Below, piece by piece: positions 1 through 8,503 of a DNA stretch of 31,127 nt (position 1 is the first letter of the stretch; every line of letters starts with the position of its first letter). The position numbers and the translations under genes are program-made. This DNA is from an uncultured Spirochaetota bacterium (GTDB lineage Bacteria > Spirochaetota > Spirochaetia > SZUA-6 > Fen-1364): NCBI GenBank assembly GCA_963745235.1, contig CAVUXE010000020.1, positions 1 through 31,127 on the forward strand, given 5' to 3'. The notes under the pieces were generated by a model. The model was not told the DNA's origin. It saw only the letters and a list, made by a program, of their open reading frames with translations, and did no database searches.

Positions 1-22
1 TTCTAGTCAACCCGCGCGACTT

Positions 23-51
23 TTGACACCCCCGCGCAAGTCCGCTATAGT
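23..51 (+). promoter_or_regulatory. Sigma70-type promoter for the 69..2034 gene pair
   Basis: TTGACA (23-28), 17-bp spacer, TATAGT (46-51). A GGAGGA Shine-Dalgarno sequence at ~58-63 precedes the GTG at 69. Confidence 0.75.
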
Positions 52-68
52 GGCGCGGGAGGAAAAAC

Positions 69-1106
69 GTGGCTGAGGCAAAGAAGGGTGACTTCGCTGA
101 TCTCCTTGACGGCACGTTCACCATGATATCCCGCACCTGGATGACATCGCTGATCCTGGGCGGCGTGCTCTTCATCCCCACGGCATTCCTGTTCGGCTGG
201 GCGTACAGCGCCTTCTTTGATTCCATCAAAGAGATGGCCGGAGGAATGGCCCGGGAGAATCCAACATCGGGGCTCCTGGCATTTGGTCTGGGCTACCTGT
301 GGATCCTGCTGGCAGCACTGGCGCAGGGACTTGTCTTCCTTTTTGTCCGCGCATGCGTCACCGAGCACACGGCTCGGGCGGTCCGCGGGGAGGCCACCAA
401 CACGTTCAGCGTGGCGGCGTACGTGATCAGGAACAAGTACGCGCCGCTCCTTGGCCAGAGAGTCCTCCAGATGATCATCGTATCCATCACACTCTCCGCA
501 GTGGTCCTCATCGTGAGCCTGGCAATTGGAGCTCTCCTGGCCATCAAGCTGACCGGGCTTGCCATCCTGGCGGGCATTCTCTTTTCCCTTGCGGGGCTTG
601 CGGTGGTGATCTGGCTTTCCGTCAGTTACCGCGTGACCCTGGAATCCCTGGTGATAGACGGCACCAGGATCGAGCAAAGCCTTGACCACAGCTTGGCCCT
701 GGTCAGGCCCCGGTGGTGGCGGGTCTTCGGGTACACCCTGCTCTTCGGCCTCATGGTCAGCTTTGCCTCTTCCCTCATTGGCACGCCCATCATGTTCTTC
801 GCAACCATCCGCCAGTTCATCCACGCCCTGGAGGCGCTGGTCAGGGAGTCTTCGGGACCCCGCAGCTTCAACCAGGTCTTCCTGAGGCTCATGGCCGGGC
901 TGGGTCGGCGGCTTGGGATCCTTCAATACGTCCAGGGCCTCATTTCGGCATTTGTCACGCCGGTGTTCATGACGCTCCTGTTCCTGGAGCTGAAGAAGCC
1001 ACCCGCGCCGCAGCCCGCGGCCGCGGGCCTGCCTGAGTCCCAAATCGCACCGACTGCGGGCGAGCTTCCCGGTGCGCAACCCCTTCCCCCGGGGGCCATC
1101 ACGTGA
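69..1106 (+). CDS. Polytopic membrane protein with a Pro/Ala-rich C-terminal tail (resembles uncharacterised multi-TM families such as the GDPD membrane domain)
   Basis: 345-aa ORF with about 5-6 hydrophobic helices, a family-typical 'SLDHSLALVRPRWWRVFG' segment, and a good promoter and RBS. Confidence 0.75.
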   Translation: MAEAKKGDFADLLDGTFTMISRTWMTSLILGGVLFIPTAFLFGWAYSAFFDSIKEMAGGMARENPTSGLLAFGLGYLWILLAALAQGLVFLFVRACVTEHTARAVRGEATNTFSVAAYVIRNKYAPLLGQRVLQMIIVSITLSAVVLIVSLAIGALLAIKLTGLAILAGILFSLAGLAVVIWLSVSYRVTLESLVIDGTRIEQSLDHSLALVRPRWWRVFGYTLLFGLMVSFASSLIGTPIMFFATIRQFIHALEALVRESSGPRSFNQVFLRLMAGLGRRLGILQYVQGLISAFVTPVFMTLLFLELKKPPAPQPAAAGLPESQIAPTAGELPGAQPLPPGAIT

Positions 1107-2034
1107 GGCCAAGGCCCGCACCGATTCTGGACGGATCCTGGGAGAAGCCCGGAAGCAACCCGCTGCGGGCGGGGATTGCCCGGTCTTTTGATCACGGGGG
1201 CGCTGTATTCCACCATCGGCGGACTGATCCTTTCCATTGTTGCCCTTGCTTTCTCGTCCCACGACTGGTCATGGATCAGGTCTGACAACTTTGTGGATTT
1301 TCTCCTGCGCTACTATCAGAAGTTCCAGGTCCCCATCCTTGTGGTCACCGCGATCATGGAGTTCGCGGTGTTCCTTGGAATCACTTTCTTCCTTGTCAGA
1401 AAGTGGCATTCCAGCCAGCCCGCGCGCTACCTCTCGTACAATCCGCCCGCCGCGCTTGACCTCATCCTTGCCGGTGTCGGGGGGATAGCCGTTGTGCCGC
1501 TTGCGGAGCTGCTGGACAGCTGGTCCTACATCCTGTTTCCCGTGCTGAAAGAGCTGCGAGGCGGGGAGGCCTCTCTCCTTGCCATCCACACTCCCGCGCA
1601 GGCGGCGCTGGTGGTGTTCGCGGTCTCAATCACACCTGCAATCTGCGAAGAGGCCATCTTCCGCGGCTGGCTCCAGCGCACCATACGTCGAAAGGCTTCC
1701 GCCCTTGTCTCCATCGTCATCACCGGGGTCATCTTTGCCCTGTTCCACATGAGCCCCCTGTCGATAGTGGCCCTTGCCTTTGTGGGCTTTTACCTTGGGT
1801 ACCTGTTCGAGCGGACGGGCACGCTCTTTGCCTCCATGACCGCTCACTGCCTCTACAACCTCACCATCATTGTGCTGGTCAACGCCAACATCAGCTGGCC
1901 GTGGCTCGCGGACAGCCTCCGGTGACATCGCGCTGCCTGCCATGATCGGCACCGTGGTGGTCTTCCTGCTCGTGATTCTGGCAATCGAGGTGAAGACCCG
2001 GGCGCAGGAACACCAGGCGGCCGCCGCGGCCTGA
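1103..2034 (+). CDS. CPBP (Abi/Rce1-like) family intramembrane glutamic protease, split by two apparent +1 frameshifts
   Basis: Motifs 'PAICEEAIFRG', 'FALFH' and 'AHCLYN'. The GTG at 1103 overlaps the upstream stop (GTGA). Removing one C at ~1179-1181 joins 'NPLRAGIA' to 'GLLITGALY'. Removing one base at ~1915-1920 adds a final TM helix (GDIALPAMIGTVVVFLLVILAIEVK...) ending at TGA 2032-2034. Confidence 0.85.
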
Positions 2035-2070
2035 GAGACGCTCCAACCAGACGGCCCTGTTCCTGTCGGG

Positions 2071-3723
2071 CTAACTCCGCACTCTTTCAAGGTGGAGTTC
2101 TTTCAGGAGGACACGGGAAGGGCCGGAGCCGGACCACCGCGGCTCCAGCGTGGCCGTCCCGCCGGGAACAGCGAAGCGTGTTGCCACGGGTCTCACGGGG
2201 CCCGCTGAGACGTTTGCAGCCGCAAAGCTCCAATTCAGGACATTGCCTGCCGCGTCCCGGGCAACAAGCTCCAACCTGAGCGAGCCGGTGCCTTCCAGGG
2301 ACGCGCTGGAGGAGAGCGTGAGCTCAGCCCCCGGCTTTACCGGTATCTGGATCCCTGAGTTGAGGGCCCAGTCCCGCGCGCCCCGGTGCGTAACTATCAA
2401 CGCCTGGGGAATGCCATCCGCGTCATCCTCGACACTCGTGCTGCCTGCTCCCGGGTCACGCGTCCACAGTTTTGCCCATGAATACACGGGGAAGTCCAGG
2501 GATTGGAGACGGTCGGAGGCGAAATCCGCCGCCGTTCCTTCATCCGGCCCAACCTCCAGGGTCTGGGTGGCATCAAGACCAAGGGCGGTGAGGCACCCGG
2601 TGTCCACCCGCGGTCCTCTTCGCCAGCCCGGTTCACTGAAGGTGATCAGCCCGAAATCTGTATCGTAGTCCCACATGCACCAACCGATGCCAAGGGATAC
2701 AAGGCTGCGGCTCACGTCGCTTATCCAGTGAAGGCGGTCCTTTGGGGGAGCCACCTTGCGGTAAACGCCAAACTCTCCGCAGAAGACCGGCACGTGATTC
2801 GCGGCAGCCCATTCCGCGGCTCGCGCCAGCCCGGCGCGCACGCGCGTCTCATTCCAGCTTTCACTTCCGTAGCGAACCACCTGGTCCCGCGCTTTCGGAT
2901 CAGCAATCGCGGCAACCGCGCTCTGGACCGCCGAGGGGCTGGAAGGGTAGGGGATATCCGAGAGCAACGCCTGGGTGGGGCCGGCCCAGCTTGCCCCCTG
3001 GTGAGTGAAAGTGAAGGGATCGTACCAATGAAAGCTATAGACGACGTTGCGGTCCGCCAGGGGCTTCAGTTCGAGAAGGCCGTCGATCCCTCCCCATTTT
3101 TCCCCCGTCACGATGATGGTATTCAGAGGCGCTCCGCGCCGGATGGCCGCAACCAGTGATTCCTGCACCGGCTGCCACCAGGACGAATCCACTCTTTCTC
3201 TTGCGCTGAGGTGTGGCTCGTTCATTACCTCGAAGAAGATGCGGTCCGTAGAGAAGCCCGCGAAATGCCTGGCTAGAGCTTCCCAGTAAGCCTGCGCCTT
3301 GGCCAGAAAAACTGGGTCATGGGCCAGCCCCGCCTCCCACTCCACGCTGGAGGAGGAACCGTGGACGGGATCAAAGATCACTGCAAGGCCAGCATCCAGC
3401 AGGAGGCGCACTCCGCGGTCCACGTCACGGATCACTTCCTTCGGCCGTGCCGGATCCGCGGGATCGAAAAGGAGATCCGGGGCCAGGGGAAGGCGGCATA
3501 CAGTGAAGCCTGACTTCCTGAGGAACGCCGCCTCCGCGGGGCGGAAAGCCGTCGCGTAGCTTGCCGGACTGGCTCAGGGTGAAAACCAGGAATTGAGGTT
3601 GATTCCACGGGCCAAAAGCGCCAGTCGCTCCGGCGGGACACTGTCCAGGGCCCGGGCAGGCGGCGCGGATCCGAATGACAGGACGGCAAGAAAGATCAGG
3701 GCACGAGCGATAGGAGACTTCAT
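2071..3723 (-). CDS. Secreted glycoside hydrolase family 5 (cellulase family) with a probable C-terminal carbohydrate-binding beta-sandwich; one in-frame TGA at codon 50
   Basis: The ATG at 3723 (GGGGA RBS) gives MKSPIARALIFLAVLSFGSAPPARA (signal peptide), then 'LARGINLNSWFSP', a TGA at 3576-3574, and the same frame continues into the 454-aa ORF. Acid/base motif 'FEVMNEP', 'YSFHWY' and nucleophile motif 'FCGEFG' are present. Confidence 0.88.
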
Positions 3724-3738
3724 ATCCCCAGAAGGTAC

Positions 3739-4044
3739 TCAGAACGATGGAAGCAAGATATCCGTGAGCCCTGTCAGCTTCATTTTCTGCATCACCTGGG
3801 CGGAGACATTCCTGATCTGAAATGACCTGCCCTGCTGCTGGAGAAGAGCGTTGAGGGAAAGAATGACGCCGAACCCCGTGGAGTCGACGTGGGTCACCTC
3901 TCCAAGGTCCAGGGTGTAGCAAAAGCCATCCCCCTGGAGGAGGGACGCGATCAGGTTCCTGAGCCTGTGCGCCGTTTCAAAGACTATTTCGCCTGTTGGG
4001 TGAATGACGTGCTTGCCATCATGGCAGGTGTGAAGAACTTCCAC
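3739..4044 (-). CDS. STAS-domain anti-sigma factor antagonist (SpoIIAA/RsbV-like)
   Basis: 'LDLGEVTHVDSTGFGVIL' with the conserved phosphorylatable Ser and a C-terminal 'MKLTGL'. The start is reassigned to GTG 4044 because GGAGG lies ~7 nt upstream, giving 101 aa. Confidence 0.85.
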   Translation of the reverse strand: MEVLHTCHDGKHVIHPTGEIVFETAHRLRNLIASLLQGDGFCYTLDLGEVTHVDSTGFGVILSLNALLQQQGRSFQIRNVSAQVMQKMKLTGLTDILLPSF

Positions 4045-4224
4045 TTCGCTACCTCCCCGTCCCGTCTCCAGGAGCAAGGGTCGCGCAGGAGTGTTAGTGG
4101 AAAACAAACATTGCGCGATTTCTCTGTGAATCTGTTCCCGCAATCAGCCTTTTCCTTGGGCGGCGCCATCTAGGTATATTTGTCAAGCCATGACTGACAT
4201 GGACAGTGTAACCGGGAAGAGAGG

Positions 4225-5274
4225 GTGGTCTTGACGGCTGCCCAATACAAGAGGCTCGAGACCCAGTTCGCTCGGGCTGTCGGTCTTTGGCTGCGCAGGG
4301 CACGGGTGGGTATCTTCAATGCCCTTTTGCGCGTATTGAAGAAGGGGAACCAGCGCTTCACCGTCATGATGGTCCCCCACTCCAAGAACAGGATCTACAA
4401 CCTCCAGACCTCCTTTTTTTCCTTCGTCTTCTTTATCTGCACCATCACCGTTGTGGTGGCCGCGTTCGCGCTGATGGTGACTCACCTCAGGTCCGCAAAT
4501 GCCAGACTGGCCCGACTGTCCCAGGAGCTTCACGAAAGCGAGGTGACTCTCCAGAAGTTCCAAGACTCCATTTCAGCTCTCCACAAGACTGGAACCGGCT
4601 TTCGCACCGAGGTTCGGGACCTCCGGGTCGCCATGTCCGGTGAAAGCCCCCAGCCGTCCGTCGGTGCCGAGATTGCTTCACTTTTCCCGATGACTGAGAT
4701 CCAGGACAGGACGGGCGCCTCCGACCTTGTCTACGTCAAGAAAGACACAAGGCTCCTGGAGAGCTCCGCTGAGACGATGCGCGATATCGGAAAAATACTG
4801 CGGACATACGGGGAGTTCGAGGCGGATACCCCGACTCTGTGGCCACTCAAGGGCGTGCACGGCGTCATTACCACGCGGTTCGGCTGGACAATCAACCCTT
4901 TCACCAACCTGGGATACCTCCATCAAGGGGTGGATATCGCCTGGGGCGTCGGCACCCCTATAGTGGCTGCCGCAAACGGCGTGGTGGTGCAGACCGGTTA
5001 CAACGAGGTGCTTGGCAACTACGTCACCATCCAGCACAAGTACGGATTCGTGACTCGATACCTCCACATGCTGCGTGTCGAGACCCACGCCGGGGTCCAC
5101 GTGAATCGCGGGGACGTTATCGGCTACCTCGGGTCCACCGGGCTCGCCACGGGACCCCATTTGCACTACGAGGTTCACCTGGGAGGCAACTACCTGGATC
5201 CCATGAACTTTCTTTCCATCCCACCCGGCCTGGATGCGGCAAAACCTCAGTCAAGGTCAAGCGGATATCCCTGA
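4225..5274 (+). CDS. Membrane-anchored M23 family metallopeptidase with a coiled-coil stalk
   Basis: Zinc motifs HQGVD (HxxxD) and GPHLHYEV (HxH), plus 'TRYLHM' and 'IGYLGSTG'. An N-terminal TM helix and coiled coil precede the catalytic domain. Confidence 0.92.
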   Translation: MVLTAAQYKRLETQFARAVGLWLRRARVGIFNALLRVLKKGNQRFTVMMVPHSKNRIYNLQTSFFSFVFFICTITVVVAAFALMVTHLRSANARLARLSQELHESEVTLQKFQDSISALHKTGTGFRTEVRDLRVAMSGESPQPSVGAEIASLFPMTEIQDRTGASDLVYVKKDTRLLESSAETMRDIGKILRTYGEFEADTPTLWPLKGVHGVITTRFGWTINPFTNLGYLHQGVDIAWGVGTPIVAAANGVVVQTGYNEVLGNYVTIQHKYGFVTRYLHMLRVETHAGVHVNRGDVIGYLGSTGLATGPHLHYEVHLGGNYLDPMNFLSIPPGLDAAKPQSRSSGYP

Positions 5275-5698
5275 TCGCGATGCCGACGCTGCGTGCCAAA
5301 CCATCACACGGAGGGGCTCGATTGGCTGGAGTGGAGAAAACCGAGAAAGACCCGCCCACGGCGAGGTCTGCGCCGACTGCCCTGTCTGCTGCGGCTGCTT
5401 TGGAAGGATCAAGAAAGTCATGGCCCGAGAGATTCGCTCCTTCTTTCCTGGCGCGCCACTGGTCCTCAGGGATGATCTCGAACCCAGCCTCACGAAACTC
5501 CGCGCTGATGGTCAGGAACAGACTCTGCGAATGGTCTGATCCTTCAGTCGGACTGGCGTCAGAGGAGACCGCCTGCGCAGCCGCTTGCGATACATCAGTG
5601 ACGGGGAAGATTATCGCCTTTACGACGGGAGCGGGCTGCCCCTGGGCACCCATGACGCGGCGAACAATCAAAGCGATGATGGCGCATGACAGGTTCAC
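5117..5698 (-). pseudogene. Hypothetical protein or gene remnant with a TolB-N/CsgG-like alpha/beta segment
   Basis: The middle reads protein-like ('AIIFPVTD...AEFREAGFEIIP...AAADRAVGADLAVGGSFSV'). However, the start is poor and the frame runs ~160 nt antisense into the M23 gene. Confidence 0.35.
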
Positions 5699-5810
5699 GA
5701 AGGCGGGCTTGTCTCTGACTCAAACATGGCGTTTGACGACGTCGCCGTAGTGTAGTTCATTTCGATGACATTGGGCCATCCGGGAGTCTATATATTCTTC
5801 AGCTTTTCGG

Positions 5811-5840
5811 TTGACTTCGAACTACTTTTATGACTACAAT
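5811..5840 (+). promoter_or_regulatory. Candidate sigma70 promoter of the export operon
   Basis: TTGACT (5811-5816), 18-bp spacer, TACAAT (5835-5840), in an AT-rich intergenic region 42 nt upstream of ATG 5883. Confidence 0.55.
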
Positions 5841-5882
5841 TCGCAGTCTCCTCAGATAGTCGAGAAATAGAAAGTTGTTGGT

Positions 5883-7325
5883 ATGCAAGAGAAGCCTGAA
5901 AGTTGTACGTCCATCAGTATCCGTCATGCATCGATATTTTCTTTCCTCGTCTCCATAATCGTCTTCATGTCGACATCATGCTCGAGTGACGTTGCTTTCA
6001 ACAAGTCTTACTCCGCTGTCAACCGCTCGGCAGGGATTGAGAAGCTAATCTCGGACCTGGTTCGAATGGATCAGGAATACCCCGATCGTTTTCGGCTCAA
6101 GCGTGAAATCGGAGTGCTCTACCTCCAGAAGGGTGATCCTGTTTCCGCCGAGCCTTTTCTCAGACGGGCGCGCGCACTTGCCGGGGCAGCAATCACACCC
6201 TCGGAAAAGGCGACTCTCCTTGGCGGGCTTGCAATCGTCTCCTATGCCCGCGGGGAATATGCGCAGGCGGTACAGCTCGGGCGACAGGCGCTGTCCGTCC
6301 AGGCAGATGAATCTGCCGTTTTCGGTTTCATTACGGGGCGTGCCCTGCTCGCAGAGGGCAAGAATAAGGAAGCGCTCGAGTGTTTCGATACTGCCTGGGG
6401 GAAAGCGAAGGCGTCAATGGTCCGAGAGGACTATCGGGCCTATGCGCGGGTACTGGAGTCTGCCGGCCGTTACGCGGATCTGATTGCAGTTCTGGATTCC
6501 TATGAAGAATCGTTTCCGTATGAGCCCGGCCTCGGTCTCATGCAGTCGGAAGCCTATGAACACCTGGGAGATTTCGACGGGGCCGTCCTCTCGGCTTTCA
6601 AAGAAGCTGAGTACGGGGCGGCGTACGGCGCAGCGCGATCTTCTGACATCCAGAAGAATCTTGCAGCTCTGGGGCGCAAGCTGGATGACAAGGCGTTCAA
6701 TCCGGTTGGAAAGGGTAAGGCTGTCCTTCAAGCGGTGACGGCTTTCGCCAGGGAGGACTGGACCGCAGCCGCCAAGGTCCTGGAGGAACGCCAGGGCACG
6801 CAGATCTTTGAGAAATACCTTCTCCTTTCCGCGCGCATCGAAATGAAACACGCTGCCCCGTCGGACGTGGATGCTTATGCGGCCCTGCTGCCTTCCCTGA
6901 GGAGCCTCCCTCCATACTTCTACCGGCTGTACCTGGGGCTCAAGAGCCTGTCCGGGGTCAGCACGGACAGGCTGGCCGACTTTCTGGAAACAGCCATCGA
7001 TCTCGCCCCCATTTCGGACAGTGCTCGGACCTATCGGAAAGACCTGGCGGAAGTCCTTGGATTGTCGGCGTCGGAGGGTTCTCGAGTTCTGACCAAGGTG
7101 GAGCTCTCGGCTGTGGCAGAAAAGGCTGCCGCCACGGGAGAACCATCGTTGTTGGATCCATTGATTGGAACCCTGGATCTTAAAGACAACAGGTCAACGC
7201 TGATGGCCGTCGGAATACTTCGGGCATTTGCAAAGGACGCCAGATATAGACCATTTATCATAGATAGATCGAAGAAGTCGGCTGGGCGTGCCAGGGAGAG
7301 GCTGGATTACATCCTGGCAAACTAA
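5883..7325 (+). CDS. TPR-repeat lipoprotein (480 aa)
   Basis: Hydrophobic stretch ending in lipobox-like 'VFMSTSC'. TPR helices include 'EIGVLYLQKGDPVSAEPFLRRA', 'GLAIVSYARGEYAQAVQLGRQAL' and 'GRALLAEGKNKEALECFDTA'. Confidence 0.8.
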   Translation: MQEKPESCTSISIRHASIFSFLVSIIVFMSTSCSSDVAFNKSYSAVNRSAGIEKLISDLVRMDQEYPDRFRLKREIGVLYLQKGDPVSAEPFLRRARALAGAAITPSEKATLLGGLAIVSYARGEYAQAVQLGRQALSVQADESAVFGFITGRALLAEGKNKEALECFDTAWGKAKASMVREDYRAYARVLESAGRYADLIAVLDSYEESFPYEPGLGLMQSEAYEHLGDFDGAVLSAFKEAEYGAAYGAARSSDIQKNLAALGRKLDDKAFNPVGKGKAVLQAVTAFAREDWTAAAKVLEERQGTQIFEKYLLLSARIEMKHAAPSDVDAYAALLPSLRSLPPYFYRLYLGLKSLSGVSTDRLADFLETAIDLAPISDSARTYRKDLAEVLGLSASEGSRVLTKVELSAVAEKAAATGEPSLLDPLIGTLDLKDNRSTLMAVGILRAFAKDARYRPFIIDRSKKSAGRARERLDYILAN

Positions 7326-7342
7326 CGCGCCGGGAGGCGCCC

Positions 7343-8008
7343 ATGGGAATGAAAAAGTTTGAGCGCGGAATGTTCATGACAGTCTTGTTGGCCGTCATGG
7401 CCATGTCAGGCTGTTTGCCGGCAAGACCATCCAGCGCGGATCTGGACACCTACGTGAAGTCTCGGGACCTCTACCTGCGCGGCTCCCTGGATGAGGCCGC
7501 CGCACTGGTGTCTCGCATCGAAAGCCGCATCAAGGGGTTCCATCAAGCGCGACTCCTGGAAGGAAAGATCTTCTTCTTTCAGGGGGACATGCAGGCGTCC
7601 GAGCGCGTGTTCCAGGATCTGAGCAAGCGATTCAAAGATTACACGGAAGCGCGGCTATGGCTTCTCCGTGCGCTTCAGGCCCAAGGCAAGACAGAAAAGG
7701 CAGAGCTTCTTCTGTCCGAGGTGCTTGAGAAGAATCCCGGAGATCCGAGATTCCTGCATCAGGCGGGTCTGCTCAGATTGGCCTCTGACGATATCAGTGG
7801 CGCTCTTGCTTTTTTTCGCCGGTCCCAGGAATACGCCGCAGAGTTCTCTCAGTCATACATTGAGACTGCCCGAATTCTCTACCGCTTCGGCCTCCTTGAC
7901 TCTGCGCTCGTGGACCTGGCCACTGCAAGGTCGCTCCTGCCTCCGGACAGCAACATGCGCAAACCCGTGTCTGACCTCGAGAAACGCATTCGTGAGGGCA
8001 ACAAATGA
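7343..8008 (+). CDS. TPR-repeat lipoprotein (221 aa)
   Basis: Lipobox 'MAMSGC'. TPRs include 'EGKIFFFQGDMQASERVFQDL' and 'RALQAQGKTEKAELLLSEVLEKNPGD'. GGAGG RBS. Confidence 0.85.
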   Translation: MGMKKFERGMFMTVLLAVMAMSGCLPARPSSADLDTYVKSRDLYLRGSLDEAAALVSRIESRIKGFHQARLLEGKIFFFQGDMQASERVFQDLSKRFKDYTEARLWLLRALQAQGKTEKAELLLSEVLEKNPGDPRFLHQAGLLRLASDDISGALAFFRRSQEYAAEFSQSYIETARILYRFGLLDSALVDLATARSLLPPDSNMRKPVSDLEKRIREGNK

Positions 8009-8496
8009 AAAGTGTACTCCCCGTAATTACTCTCGGCCTCGCCGTTCTCTCCTCATGTGCTCTGATTCCCAGACGGGACACTGTCGCCTATTCCGCGGAG
8101 GGAGGACCGGGTCGTGCGCCCCAATCCGTGTTTGTGGATCAGGTCGATGTTGACCGCAGAGTCCTCTCTCGTGAAGTCGCCCGGGATGTGACGGCACTGC
8201 TCGAAGTTCTGGCGCCGGAGAATGGCTTTGCAATCACGCCAACCCCAGAAACAGAGGCCTGGCCGCTGCGGGTACACATAGTGGAGCGTGAGACAATTCG
8301 GGACTTTTCTCCCCAATTTGCAATCATGGTGTCACTGGAAATGTTCTCTGCTCCAGAGGCGGCAGGCCCGGCGCTGACCGTAGTCCATACAAGTGAATCG
8401 GCTGACAGCATCTCCTCGCCGTGGGTATTGAAGCGGATCCTCAACGATTGCCTTCGCGAGGCGGCCCGCGTTTTCGTCGCGGCACCGAAGAAGTAG
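8005..8496 (+). CDS. Small lipoprotein of unknown function (163 aa)
   Basis: Lipobox 'VLSSC', ATGA overlap with the upstream gene, GAGG RBS. Confidence 0.75.
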   Translation: MKSVLPVITLGLAVLSSCALIPRRDTVAYSAEGGPGRAPQSVFVDQVDVDRRVLSREVARDVTALLEVLAPENGFAITPTPETEAWPLRVHIVERETIRDFSPQFAIMVSLEMFSAPEAAGPALTVVHTSESADSISSPWVLKRILNDCLREAARVFVAAPKK

Positions 8497-8503
8497 CCGT
8501 CCC

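Noticed and set aside
45-1262. 405-aa minus-strand ORF, and the many similar antisense or alternate-frame ORFs (e.g. 4839..5750, 27896..28606)
   Set aside because: These are shadow ORFs of well-supported genes in GC-rich DNA, with biased composition and no recognisable motifs.
2035-2070. Intrinsic terminator between the convergent CPBP and GH5 genes
   Set aside because: Only a weak GCCC/GGGC stem and no U-tract on either strand.
3540-3576. Selenocysteine or genetic-code reassignment at the GH5 TGA
   Set aside because: No convincing SECIS-like hairpin downstream, no redox role expected in a GH5, and TGA is used as a normal stop elsewhere in the window.
4181-4186. Perfect TTGACA on the minus strand upstream of the STAS gene
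   Set aside because: No acceptable -10 hexamer at 16-18 bp spacing.
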